This document shows, in pieces, positions 10,845 through 20,236 of a stretch of 32,000 nucleotides of DNA (positions are counted from its first letter, which is position 1; every line of letters begins with the position of its first letter). The DNA comes from Rickettsia endosymbiont of Bradysia coprophila (GTDB taxonomy: Bacteria > Pseudomonadota > Alphaproteobacteria > Rickettsiales > Rickettsiaceae), in the NCBI GenBank assembly GCA_019468145.1, contig JAHXDM010000002.1:262757-294756 (forward strand), written 5' to 3'. The notes under the pieces were generated by a model, which saw only the letters and a list, made by a program, of their open reading frames with translations, was not told where the DNA came from and did not search any database. A program made the translations under genes and the position numbers.

Positions 10845-11386
10845 TGTTGCTTAGATTTAAAGAATTATATACTAAAGAAATTATTCCAAATTTGCAAAAA
10901 AAGTTTGCCTATGCTAATAAACACCAAATACCTAAAATTATTAAGGTTGTGATTAATATGGGCGTTGGGGAAGCTGTAGCAGATTCAAAAGTAATTAATA
11001 ATGCTGTAAATAATTTAACTTTAATTTCAGGACAAAAACCTGTAGTAATTCAAGCAAAAAAATCTGTGGCTATTTGGAAATTACGGGAAGGAATGAAAAT
11101 AGGTTGTAAGGTTACGTTGCGTAAAGATAGAATGCTTGATTTTTTTGAAAGATTGCTGATGGTGGCTTTACCGAGGGATAAGGACTTTAGAGGGTTTTCT
11201 AGTAAAAGTTTTGATGGGAAAGGTAACTTTACTTTTGGTATCAAAGAACAGATAGTTTTTTCAGAAATAAAATATGATGAAATAGATCAGATTCGTGGTA
11301 TGGATATTACTATTGTTACGAGCGCCAAAACTAACGAAGAAGGAAAAGCTTTGCTTTCGGGCTTTAATTTTCCTTTTTATAATTAA
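10844..11386 (+). CDS. rplE: 50S ribosomal protein L5
   Basis: [71 protein letters not shown]. Confidence 0.96.
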   Translation: MLLRFKELYTKEIIPNLQKKFAYANKHQIPKIIKVVINMGVGEAVADSKVINNAVNNLTLISGQKPVVIQAKKSVAIWKLREGMKIGCKVTLRKDRMLDFFERLLMVALPRDKDFRGFSSKSFDGKGNFTFGIKEQIVFSEIKYDEIDQIRGMDITIVTSAKTNEEGKALLSGFNFPFYN

Positions 11387-11403
11387 TATTTAGAAGATAA
11401 AAA

Positions 11404-11708
11404 ATGGCTAAAATAAGTTCTATTCAAAAAATAATAGAAGAAAAAAAAATGCACAGAATGCATATAATAAACGTACTAAATTAAAAGAAAAAATCTATGA
11501 TAAAACCTTATCATTAGAAGAAAGATTTTCATTAGTAATGGCCTTGGCCAAATTACCAAGAAATTCAGCTATGAATAGGGTTAGAAATAGATGTGAAATT
11601 ACTGGGCGCCCAAGAGGGGTATATAGTAAATTTGGTTTATCAAGAAATAAATTAAGAGAGATTGGTAGTAAAGGTTTAGTGCCTGGGTTAATAAAAGCAA
11701 GTTGGTAA
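11404..11708 (+). pseudogene. rpsN: 30S ribosomal protein S14, apparently frameshifted (probable sequence error or recoding rather than a dead gene)
   Basis: Frame 1 from ATG 11404 reads [20 protein letters not shown]... and stops early. Adding one A in the A6 tract 11426-11431 restores [101 protein letters not shown] (101 aa), a canonical alphaproteobacterial S14. Confidence 0.93.
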
Positions 11709-11726
11709 AATAATAGGTTTATTCAT

Positions 11727-12125
11727 ATGTCAATGACAGATAATATAGCAGATATGTTAACTCGGATTAGAAATGGTCAAAAAAGTAAGTTGATTAGTAT
11801 ATCTCTGCCTGGGTCAAAAACAAAATGTGCTATTTTAAAAGTACTGCAGGAGGCAGGATATATAAAAAGTTATGAACTTTCTACTGAGCAAAATATAAGT
11901 CAAATTGAAGTATATTTGAAGTATTCTATTAAAGGAAAACCTGCTATATTTAAGATAGATAGAGTATCCAAACCTGGAAAAAGAGTTTATTCTTCCATAA
12001 GTAAATTAAGGGGATATTATAACAATATGGGAATTTATATTCTTTCTACCTCTAAAGGAGTATTATCTGATAGAGAAGCACATAACCAGAAAGTTGGTGG
12101 TGAAGTAATTTGTAAAGTGTTCTAA
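11727..12125 (+). CDS. rpsH: 30S ribosomal protein S8
   Basis: [47 protein letters not shown]. Confidence 0.97.
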   Translation: MSMTDNIADMLTRIRNGQKSKLISISLPGSKTKCAILKVLQEAGYIKSYELSTEQNISQIEVYLKYSIKGKPAIFKIDRVSKPGKRVYSSISKLRGYYNNMGIYILSTSKGVLSDREAHNQKVGGEVICKVF

Positions 12126-12134
12126 GGTATAAAA

Positions 12135-12668
12135 ATGTCACGTGTTGGAAAATCGCCAATTTTTATTCCTACAGGGGTAATAATTGAGCTGGATGGACTT
12201 AAAATAAATGTAAAAGGTCCTAAAGGAGAGTTAACAAAAGTTTTTGTAGGAAATATAGAGATTGTTTTGCAAGATAAATTTTTGGTTGTTAAACCATTAT
12301 CTAAAAGTAAAAAAGCAAGGGAAATGTGGGGTACTACAAAAAGGCTTATCGAGAATATGGTAAAAGGTGTGACAGAAGCTTTTACTACGGAACTTGAATT
12401 AAGTGGTGTAGGTCTAAAAGCGAGTGTAAGTGGTGAATATTTAAATTTAGCATTAGCTAAAAGCCATAACACTAAAATTAAAATACCGCAAAATCTTAAA
12501 ATCAATGTTCCTAAACCAAATCAAATTATATTGGAAAGTGTGAATAAAGAGCTACTAGGGGAATTTGTATCTATTACCCAAAAGCAGAGACCACCTGAAC
12601 CATATAAAGGTAAGGGGATTAAAATTAAAGGGCAGTATGTCCAAAGAAAACAAGGCAAGAAAAATTAA
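12135..12668 (+). CDS. rplF: 50S ribosomal protein L6
   Basis: [57 protein letters not shown]-type motif [17 protein letters not shown]. Confidence 0.97.
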   Translation: MSRVGKSPIFIPTGVIIELDGLKINVKGPKGELTKVFVGNIEIVLQDKFLVVKPLSKSKKAREMWGTTKRLIENMVKGVTEAFTTELELSGVGLKASVSGEYLNLALAKSHNTKIKIPQNLKINVPKPNQIILESVNKELLGEFVSITQKQRPPEPYKGKGIKIKGQYVQRKQGKKN

Positions 12669-12684
12669 AAATTAAGAGTAAACT

Positions 12685-13041
12685 ATGCGTACTTCAAGGT
12701 CAAAGTTTGAAATAAGAAAAGCCAGAGTTAGAACTAAGTTATCAAAAATTTCCTCTAGGGTTAGACTATCTGTTTTTAAGTCGGGAAAGCATATATATGC
12801 CCAAATTATCGATGATAATCAAGCTATAACTGTTACTTCAGCGTCAACCTTAGAGAAAGAAATTAGGCAGCTTAAAAAGTCAAACTGTAATATTAGTTCT
12901 GCAATAAAAGTCGGGGAATTAATAGGTGAAAGAGCCTTCCAAAAAGGAGTGCAGGAAGTGGTGTTTGATAAAGGTGGTTATAAATACCATGGAGTTGTTA
13001 AGGCTTTGGCTGAAGCAGCAAGAAAAAAAATAACGTTTTAA
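12685..13041 (+). CDS. rplR: 50S ribosomal protein L18
   Basis: RVRLSVFKSGKHIYAQIIDD, VVFDKGGYKYHGVVKALAEAARK. Confidence 0.96.
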   Translation: MRTSRSKFEIRKARVRTKLSKISSRVRLSVFKSGKHIYAQIIDDNQAITVTSASTLEKEIRQLKKSNCNISSAIKVGELIGERAFQKGVQEVVFDKGGYKYHGVVKALAEAARKKITF

Positions 13042-13105
13042 TCTAGATGTTGTGAGTTGTTATATCCAATTTCAGATGATTTTAAGGAATAATATTTTAA
13101 TTTAG

Positions 13106-13657
13106 GTGGTAAGGATGGCTAAATCAAAAAATACTAATGAAGCATTAACAGAGACTCTAGTGGATGTCAGAAGAGTAACGAAGGTAGTGAAAGGAGGAAG
13201 AAAATTTTCCTTTTCTGCCTGTATGGTTGTTGGAGATAAGTCTGGTAAGGTTGGATATGGGCATGGTAATGCAAAGGAAGTAACTGAAGCTAGGGTTAAA
13301 GCTAGACAAGAAGGAGGAAAAAAGATGATAAAAGTTTTCCTTTATCAAGGGCGGACCATTCATCATGATGTTATTGGTAAAAGTGGAGCTGCCACAGTTA
13401 TTTTAAGACGAGCTAAAGCTGGTACTGGAATAATTGCGGGAGGAGCGATGAGAGCAATTTTTGATTCTTTAGGTATTCATGATATTGTCGCTAAATCATT
13501 GGGTTCTAGTAATGTTTATGCTATGATAGCCGCAACGTTTAATGCCTTATCGCAACTTTCTTCTCCTAGAAGTATTGCTGAAAGAAGGGACAAAAAAGTT
13601 AGTGAAATATCAACAAAAGCTATAAGAGAAGGAGTGACAGTAGTAACTGAAGCGTAA
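13106..13657 (+). CDS. rpsE: 30S ribosomal protein S5
   Basis: [62 protein letters not shown]. Confidence 0.97.
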   Translation: MVRMAKSKNTNEALTETLVDVRRVTKVVKGGRKFSFSACMVVGDKSGKVGYGHGNAKEVTEARVKARQEGGKKMIKVFLYQGRTIHHDVIGKSGAATVILRRAKAGTGIIAGGAMRAIFDSLGIHDIVAKSLGSSNVYAMIAATFNALSQLSSPRSIAERRDKKVSEISTKAIREGVTVVTEA

Positions 13658-13837
13658 TTTGTAAGTTAAATAAATGCTATAAAAACTCTTCTATCATGCT
13701 ATACTTAAATTGTCACTAGATCTATTTTGAGATAAATAAATACCAGTGTCATTAAAGAGCTAACAGTTTATTCGTTTATAGTGGAGCCTCTTAAGGTGCT
13801 ATATAAAATAAAAGTAAAAATTTGATTGTAGGAATCT

Positions 13838-14182
13838 ATGAGTAATGATAAATTAGTAAATAACCAACTTTTTCCAGAAGATTCGAGCATGGAATCTGTA
13901 GAAGATACGGAACTTAAAAACCTAGCGTACGGCAGTAAAGGCGAGCTTGGTACTGGGTTTTCGCAATTACCAGCAGAACTAGATGTGCATAAGAGCTCTA
14001 TTCCAAGAATTAGAGTTACTCAAATCGGAAGTGGTATAGGACGCAAATATGATCAAGAACAAACTCTAATCGGTTTAGGTCTAAATAAAATGTATAAAAC
14101 TGTAATTTTAGAAAATACTGCTTCTATTAGAGGGATGGTAAAAAAAATACAACATTTATTAAAAGTAGAAAATTTAAATTAG
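13838..14182 (+). CDS. rpmD: 50S ribosomal protein L30 with about 53-aa N-terminal extension
   Basis: C-terminal [57 protein letters not shown] is L30; preceding acidic segment [53 protein letters not shown] is extra. An in-frame GTG at 13985 could be an alternative start. Confidence 0.85.
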   Translation: MSNDKLVNNQLFPEDSSMESVEDTELKNLAYGSKGELGTGFSQLPAELDVHKSSIPRIRVTQIGSGIGRKYDQEQTLIGLGLNKMYKTVILENTASIRGMVKKIQHLLKVENLN

Positions 14183-14191
14183 AGTTTAAAA

Positions 14192-14647
14192 ATGAAGTTA
14201 AATGAGTTATTTAATAATTTCGGTGCTAAAAAAAACAAGAAAAGGTTAGGGCGTGGAATTGGTAGTGGTAAAGGTAAAACATGTGGAAGGGGGGTAAAAG
14301 GCCAAAAGTCTAGATCGGGTGTTGCGATTAAAGGGTTTGAAGGAGGGCAAATGCCTTTAATAAAAAGGCTCCCAAAAAGAGGTTTTAATTGTCCTAACAG
14401 TAAAAAATATAGTGTAGTAAATATTATCGATATTGAATTGTTGTTATTAGCAGGTACTTTAAAAAATACTGAGATAGTGACTAAAGACAAATTAGTTGAA
14501 TTAGGGATTATTAAAAACACTAATTTGTTAGTCAAGTTGCTTTCTGTTCATAGTGATGAATTTAATAGCCCAATATCATTTAAATTAGATGCTTATTCAG
14601 AGTCTGCTAAATATAAAATTGAACAAGCTGGTGGCCAAATATTGTAG
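14192..14647 (+). CDS. rplO: 50S ribosomal protein L15
   Basis: [48 protein letters not shown]. Confidence 0.97.
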   Translation: MKLNELFNNFGAKKNKKRLGRGIGSGKGKTCGRGVKGQKSRSGVAIKGFEGGQMPLIKRLPKRGFNCPNSKKYSVVNIIDIELLLLAGTLKNTEIVTKDKLVELGIIKNTNLLVKLLSVHSDEFNSPISFKLDAYSESAKYKIEQAGGQIL

Positions 14648-14650
14648 TTT

Positions 14651-15952
14651 ATGAATTTAAATTCTATACCAAAATTTAATCAAGATCTGGTTAGTAGGAT
14701 TATTTTTACTATTTCAGTGCTTGTAGTTTGTAGGTTTGGATCTTTTATCCCGATAGCAGGGATTGATTCAATAGCATTACAGGCTGTTGTCCAGCAGAAC
14801 CAGTCGGGTATCTTAGGTATGTTTAACATGTTATCTGGGGGATCCTTAGGTAGGATGTCAATTTTTGCTTTAGCAATTATGCCTTATATAACCGCCTCAA
14901 TTATTATTCAATTATTGTCAATAGCTTATAAGCCTTTAGAAAATTTCAAAAAGGATGGTGAGTCTGGTAAAAGAAAAATCAATCAGTTATCTCGGTATCT
15001 AACAGTTTTATTAGCTTCTTTTCAAGCATATGGGGTAGCAATTAGTTTAGAACAGGCAGTAACGAATTTAGGTCCTGTGGTTATCATACCAGGGCTATTT
15101 TTTAAAATTACTACTGTTATTACGTTAGTTGGGGGAACTATGTTCCTTATGTGGTTGGGCGAACAAATTTCTGGTAGAGGGATTGGAAATGGCTCTTCTT
15201 TAATCATATTTATAGGTATAGTATCGGGCGTACCCAGCGCAATTATCAATATGTTTGAGTTATCAAGAAATGGGGGGATATCGCCATTGCTAGCTGTTAT
15301 TATTTGTCTAGGGGTAGTTGTCATGATAACTACGATAATTTTTTTTGAAAAAGCTCAACGGAAAGTTTTGGTACAATATCCAAAGCGTCAAGTGGGTAAT
15401 AAAATTTATGGTGGGGATGCAACTCATATGCCATTGAAACTTAACACTGCTGGAGTCATTCCTCCAATATTTGCTAGTTCAATTTTGTTGTTTCCCATTA
15501 CTATAGCTAATTTTTCTAGTAATAATTCAGAAACTATGAATTGGATAACTTTTTATTTAAGTCATGGAAAACCTTTATACATTTTCTTCTATATTATATT
15601 AATAATGTTCTTTAGTTTTTTTTATACCGCAATAGTTTTTAATTCTGAAGAGACTGCAAATAACTTAAGAAAATATGGTGCTTATATACCTGGGAGAAGG
15701 CCAGGGAAAAATACCTCAGAATATTTTGATTATTTACTAATGAGATTAACGGTAATGGGGGCTATATATTTAAGTTTTATTTGTGTAGTGCCTGAGATAT
15801 TAATGAATAAATATGCAATATCTTTTTCTTTAGGAGGAACAAGTTTTTTAATTGTTGTCAATGTGGTATTGGACACTTTTACTCAAATTCAAACTCATTT
15901 ATTTAGTAATAGATATGAAGGGTTGATTAAAAAAATGAAATTGAAAAACTAA
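14651..15952 (+). CDS. secY: Preprotein translocase subunit SecY
   Basis: [87 protein letters not shown]. Confidence 0.97.
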   Translation: MNLNSIPKFNQDLVSRIIFTISVLVVCRFGSFIPIAGIDSIALQAVVQQNQSGILGMFNMLSGGSLGRMSIFALAIMPYITASIIIQLLSIAYKPLENFKKDGESGKRKINQLSRYLTVLLASFQAYGVAISLEQAVTNLGPVVIIPGLFFKITTVITLVGGTMFLMWLGEQISGRGIGNGSSLIIFIGIVSGVPSAIINMFELSRNGGISPLLAVIICLGVVVMITTIIFFEKAQRKVLVQYPKRQVGNKIYGGDATHMPLKLNTAGVIPPIFASSILLFPITIANFSSNNSETMNWITFYLSHGKPLYIFFYIILIMFFSFFYTAIVFNSEETANNLRKYGAYIPGRRPGKNTSEYFDYLLMRLTVMGAIYLSFICVVPEILMNKYAISFSLGGTSFLIVVNVVLDTFTQIQTHLFSNRYEGLIKKMKLKN

Positions 15953-16140
15953 TAGTAGTTTTTTATGTTGAAAATTAGGACAATTTAGCCTAATATATAA
16001 CTTTTGAGAAATTGTCATATGAATTGGTAATCTTTAAATAATATATTGACATATATAAGAATAGGCGTTAACTTATGATTGTAATTTTTAAGACATATGT
16101 TTAAAAGCGAGTATCATTTCATGCTAAAAATGAGTTTAAA

Positions 16141-16779
16141 GTGATTATAGTACTTATGGGCCCTCCTGGTTCAGGGAAAGGAACGCAAGGAAAATTATTG
16201 GCAGAAAAGCTAGATTTACCCCATATATCTATTGGTAATATATTTAGAGAGATGGTAGGAGCTGGGAATAAAGAAGGGGAATTGCTTCAAGACTATATGT
16301 CCAAAGGAAAATTGGCTCCCACGGAATTAGTCAATGAGATAGTCCAAAAGTTTTTATCGCCAGTTAAATATGACAAAGGTTATGTTTTGGATGGTTATCC
16401 CCGTAACATAGACCAAGCTAAGTTTTTAGATGGTTTGATAAATCAAGATAGTAAGATATTATTTTTTGATATAGAGAATCAAACGATTATAAAAAGAATT
16501 TTAGGTAGATTTAATTGCACAAATTGCGGGCAAATCTATAATCAATTTTTTATTAAGCCTAAAATTGAGAATATTTGTGATCTCTGTGGCTTGAGTCAAT
16601 TCACTCACAGAAAGGATGATGACGAAGAAACAGTAAGACAACGAATAGAAGAATATAAAACAGAAACTTACCCATTAATTGATTATTATAACAATAATAA
16701 AAAGTTATATATGGTTAATGCCAATAAAAATAAAGAAGATATAGAGATTTTTATAGATAAATTATTAAAAATTGTTTGA
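16141..16779 (+). CDS. adk: Adenylate kinase
   Basis: IIVLMGPPGSGKGTQGKLLAEKL, YVLDGYPRN, zinc-binding CTNCGQIYNQFFIKPKIENICDLCG lid. Confidence 0.96.
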   Translation: MIIVLMGPPGSGKGTQGKLLAEKLDLPHISIGNIFREMVGAGNKEGELLQDYMSKGKLAPTELVNEIVQKFLSPVKYDKGYVLDGYPRNIDQAKFLDGLINQDSKILFFDIENQTIIKRILGRFNCTNCGQIYNQFFIKPKIENICDLCGLSQFTHRKDDDEETVRQRIEEYKTETYPLIDYYNNNKKLYMVNANKNKEDIEIFIDKLLKIV

Positions 16780-16841
16780 CTTTATGGGTTATGTTTATAT
16801 TATTTACTTTTTGAGTGTTATAGAAATTTTGGAGATTATTT

Positions 16842-17219
16842 GTGGCAAGAATAGCAGGTGTTAATATCCCAGCAAACAAAAGACTAGTAATAAGTTTAAC
16901 CTATATTTATGGTCTTGGTTTTTTTGCTTCAGGGGTGATTTGTAAAGCAGCAGGAATATCTGAAAGTAAAAGAGTTAAAGATTTAACTGATCAGGAGCTG
17001 ATTGTTTTGCGTAATATTATTGAAAAGCAATATAAAGTAGAAGGTGACCTTAGAAGAGAAGTAACTCTTAATATTAAGAAAAAAAAGGATATTAGATGTT
17101 ATGAAGGCCTTAGGCATATCAGGAAATTACCTGTGCGTGGTCAAAATACTCACTCGAATGCCAGAACAAGAAAAGGCAAGGCTGTTGCAATTGCCGGTAA
17201 GAAAAAAGTTACAAAGTAA
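16842..17219 (+). CDS. rpsM: 30S ribosomal protein S13 (GTG start)
   Basis: [54 protein letters not shown]. Confidence 0.97.
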   Translation: MARIAGVNIPANKRLVISLTYIYGLGFFASGVICKAAGISESKRVKDLTDQELIVLRNIIEKQYKVEGDLRREVTLNIKKKKDIRCYEGLRHIRKLPVRGQNTHSNARTRKGKAVAIAGKKKVTK

Positions 17220-17231
17220 TATGGTAGAATA

Positions 17232-17618
17232 ATGAGTCAGGTTAGTAGTAAAATTAAGAAAAAAAAGAAGAATATCTCGTTGGGAGTTGTGCATATAAAA
17301 ACAACCTTTAATAATACTATTGTTACTTTTACAGATGTTCAAGGTAATGCTATAGCTTCTTCTACAGCAGGTTCTCATGGATTTAAAGGTGCTAGAAAAG
17401 CTACTCCTTATGCTGCTCAAGTAACTGTAGATAAAGCATCAGAATTAGCAAAAGAACATGGTATGAAAACAGTTTCTATTAGAGTACAAGGGGCAGGAGC
17501 TCAGAGGGAATCTGCTATGAGGGCAGTTTTTAGTCAAAATTTTATAGTGACCTTAATTCTCGATGTTTCCCCAGTAGCGCATAATGGTGTTAGAGCACCA
17601 AAAAGAAGAAGAGTATAG
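17232..17618 (+). CDS. rpsK: 30S ribosomal protein S11
   Basis: [46 protein letters not shown]. Confidence 0.97.
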   Translation: MSQVSSKIKKKKKNISLGVVHIKTTFNNTIVTFTDVQGNAIASSTAGSHGFKGARKATPYAAQVTVDKASELAKEHGMKTVSIRVQGAGAQRESAMRAVFSQNFIVTLILDVSPVAHNGVRAPKRRRV

Positions 17619-17634
17619 AATAATTAGGTAAGAA

Positions 17635-18654
17635 ATGTTATCGTTAAATAAAAACTGGAATTCTTTGATTAAACCCTCTAAAATAGTTTATGAAAATTCG
17701 GCAAGAGATGTTGATACCGTAAAGATGATTATAGAACCTTTAGAAAGAGGCTTTGGTTTAACAGTAGGTAATGCTATGAGGAGGGTGTTATTGTCTTCTC
17801 TGCAAGGAGCTGCTATAACCTCAGTAAAAATACCAGGAGTTGTGCACGAATTTTCTGCTATACCTGGTGTTAAAGAAGATTTAGTTGATGTAATATTAAA
17901 TCTTAAATCAGTAGTCATTAAAATGCATGGCTCAGATAAAAAGATTGTAAGGTTAAATGTTACTGGTCCTTGTACCGTAACAGCTGGTATGATTGCAGCA
18001 AGTCATGATGTTGAGATACTAACTCCTGATCATATAATTTGTACTTTAGCCAAAGATGTCCAGCTTGAAATGGAGCTCGGATGTGAAACCGGTAAAGGGT
18101 ACGTTCCAGCTATTACTAATGAAGATGCAAGTGCACCAATAGGATTAATCCCCATTGATGCGTTGTTTAGTCCGGTAAAGAAAGTTACTTATAAAGTAGA
18201 AAATACCCGGGTTGGGCAAGTGACAGATTATGATAAATTAATTATGACGGTTGAGACTAATGGCAGTATTCCTCCCGAGATGTCTATTGCTCTTGCCGCG
18301 AGGATTTTGCAAGATCAGCTACAATTATTTATTACATTTGAAGAACAAGAAGAAGAGAAAGAAGAACAGTTAGAAGAATTATTATTTAATCCTGCGATGT
18401 TAAAAAAGGTTGCAGAATTAGAATTATCTGTCCGCTCTCAAAATTGTTTGCAAAATGCTAATATAATTTATATAGGAGATTTGGTTATCAAAACTGAAGC
18501 AGAAATGCTTAAAACTCCCAATTTTGGTAGAAAATCTCTAAATGAGATTAAGGATATATTAGTAGGTTTTGGTTTGAAATTTGGTATGGATGTACCAGGA
18601 TGGCCTCCAGAAAATATCCAAGAATTATCTAAACGTTATGAAGATCCATATTAA
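17635..18654 (+). CDS. rpoA: DNA-directed RNA polymerase subunit alpha
   Basis: [32 protein letters not shown]; [25 protein letters not shown]...[14 protein letters not shown]. Confidence 0.98.
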   Translation: MLSLNKNWNSLIKPSKIVYENSARDVDTVKMIIEPLERGFGLTVGNAMRRVLLSSLQGAAITSVKIPGVVHEFSAIPGVKEDLVDVILNLKSVVIKMHGSDKKIVRLNVTGPCTVTAGMIAASHDVEILTPDHIICTLAKDVQLEMELGCETGKGYVPAITNEDASAPIGLIPIDALFSPVKKVTYKVENTRVGQVTDYDKLIMTVETNGSIPPEMSIALAARILQDQLQLFITFEEQEEEKEEQLEELLFNPAMLKKVAELELSVRSQNCLQNANIIYIGDLVIKTEAEMLKTPNFGRKSLNEIKDILVGFGLKFGMDVPGWPPENIQELSKRYEDPY

Positions 18655-18670
18655 TTGTTAAGGTAGTAAC

Positions 18671-19072
18671 ATGCGACACAAGATTAAGGGAAGAAAGCTA
18701 AATAGAACAAGTACGCATAGGCAAGCTATGTTCGCTAATATGGCTGTAGCGCTGGTAATGAACGAGCAAATTAAAACTACTCTACCTAAAGCTAAAGAGC
18801 TGAGGCCCTATATTGAAAAATTAGTGACTAAAGCAAAGAAATCGGATTTAGCCAATAGAAGAATAGTGCTAGCTAAAATCAAGGATAAGGTTGCTACGGA
18901 AAAATTGATTACTGTGCTCGGAAAAAGATATAATAATCGAAATGGAGGGTATACCAGAATAATCAAAGCAGGTTTTCGTTATGGAGATATGGCATCTATG
19001 GCCTATATCGAATTTGTGGATAGGGATGTGGAGAGTAAAGGCCGTATAATTCCTATAGCGGTTGAAGAATAG
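18671..19072 (+). CDS. rplQ: 50S ribosomal protein L17
   Basis: [57 protein letters not shown]. Confidence 0.97.
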   Translation: MRHKIKGRKLNRTSTHRQAMFANMAVALVMNEQIKTTLPKAKELRPYIEKLVTKAKKSDLANRRIVLAKIKDKVATEKLITVLGKRYNNRNGGYTRIIKAGFRYGDMASMAYIEFVDRDVESKGRIIPIAVEE

Positions 19073-19122
19073 GCTTTTTGCAGAACCAATTGATTTAATG
19101 AATTTATAGGGTAATAAATTAT

Positions 19123-19383
19123 ATGGCTAACCATACGTCAGCAAAAAAAGCAATTAGACAAACAATAAAAAAGACTTTAATTAATAAAAATAGATCGAGT
19201 AGAATAAAAACATATATAAAAAAAGTTTTACAAGCAATTGGTGAAGGATCAAGAGAATCTGCAAAATCTGCTTTGATAGTTGCACAATCTGAAATAATGA
19301 AAGGTGTAACAAAAAATATTATCAAATTAAATACCGCTTCCCGCAAGATTAGTAGATTATCTCAAAAAATTAAAAATATGTAA
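19123..19383 (+). CDS. rpsT: 30S ribosomal protein S20
   Basis: [35 protein letters not shown]; full-length 86 aa. Confidence 0.93.
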   Translation: MANHTSAKKAIRQTIKKTLINKNRSSRIKTYIKKVLQAIGEGSRESAKSALIVAQSEIMKGVTKNIIKLNTASRKISRLSQKIKNM

Positions 19384-19398
19384 TAAAGGGGAGCCTCC

Positions 19399-20067
19399 GT
19401 GCTATCCTTAGAACAATTGACATTTAATATAGGAAAAAAAAAATTATTTGCTGGGATTAGCATATCTTTTTTACCATCTTCTATAATTTACTTACACGGC
19501 AGTAATGGATCGGGAAAAACTTCCTTACTGCGGATAATATCTGGCCTGCAGGTTCCAAGCAAAGGCAGAGTGCTGTATAGATCATTGGAATGTAAAGACC
19601 TTAAAAAACCATATTGCAATTATATTGGTCATAATAATGGATTAAAGTTGCAGCTCACGGTCTTAGAATATTTAAAATTCTGGAGCCAAATTTATGACTC
19701 TCTAGAAGCATTAGAGTCTGCAATATATTATTTTAAATTATCTTCTATTTTACATACCAAATGCCATATACTTTCTGCTGGTAATCAAAAAAAACTTGCC
19801 TTAGCTAAATTGATGGCTTGCCAAACTAATTTGTGGTTATTAGATGAGGTAGAAGCAAATCTTGATCAAGAAAATAAAGGATTATTATATAATTTAATTA
19901 TTTCTAAAGCAAATAATGGGGGAATTATTATACTAACTTCCCATTCAAATATAGATATTAAAACTGCTGAAATAATCAAGTTAGAGGATTATACCCCTCT
20001 GCCGATGGTTTTGCCGTCTTGTGCGATGGAGCGAAGCCTTATAGATAATAAGGCGAACGACGGGTAA
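19399..20067 (+). CDS. ccmA: ABC transporter ATP-binding protein, CcmA-like (heme exporter)
   Basis: LHGSNGSGKTSLLRIISGL (Walker A), LSAGNQKKLALAKLMACQTNLWLLDEVEANLD (signature/Walker B), CcmA-like size; last ~24 aa derive from a dispersed repeat. Confidence 0.82.
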   Translation: MLSLEQLTFNIGKKKLFAGISISFLPSSIIYLHGSNGSGKTSLLRIISGLQVPSKGRVLYRSLECKDLKKPYCNYIGHNNGLKLQLTVLEYLKFWSQIYDSLEALESAIYYFKLSSILHTKCHILSAGNQKKLALAKLMACQTNLWLLDEVEANLDQENKGLLYNLIISKANNGGIIILTSHSNIDIKTAEIIKLEDYTPLPMVLPSCAMERSLIDNKANDG

Positions 20068-20103
20068 CCGACCGGCCCCGCAAATTCATATCAGAGGAGT
20101 ATA
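19990..20103. repeat. Palindromic dispersed repeat, copy B (overlaps ccmA 3' end)
   Basis: TATACCCCTC ... GAGGAGTATA ends; reverse complement TATACTCCTCTGATATGAATTTGC...TTATCTATAAGGCTTCGCTCCATCGCAC...GGCAAAACCATCGGCAGAGGGGTATA aligns to copies A and C. Confidence 0.88.
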
Positions 20104-20169
20104 TAAAGCCATTGACATGAATTTGAGATAAATTCTATATTTGTTGAAAATTGTTTCTTTAATTGTTTT

Positions 20170-20198
20170 TTGACTTTGCTAAAATGATGCTGTATTAA
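20170..20198 (+). promoter_or_regulatory. Candidate sigma70-like promoter for the proline-rich protein gene
   Basis: TTGACT (20170-20175), 17-nt spacer, TATTAA (20193-20198), 38 nt before ATG 20237. Confidence 0.55.
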
Positions 20199-20236
20199 AT
20201 GTAAAAGTTAGTAATTAAATAAAATTGGTATTATAT

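Noticed and set aside
15953-16840. Missing infA or rpmJ between secY and rpsM as an anomaly
   Set aside because: Many alphaproteobacteria have secY-adk-rpsM without infA or rpmJ here; this is not unusual.
20104-20140. Fourth copy of the palindromic element (GACATGAATTTGAGATAAATTC)
   Set aside because: Only a short ATGAATTTG match; it lacks the TATACTCCTC ends and the opposite-end block, so it is not counted.
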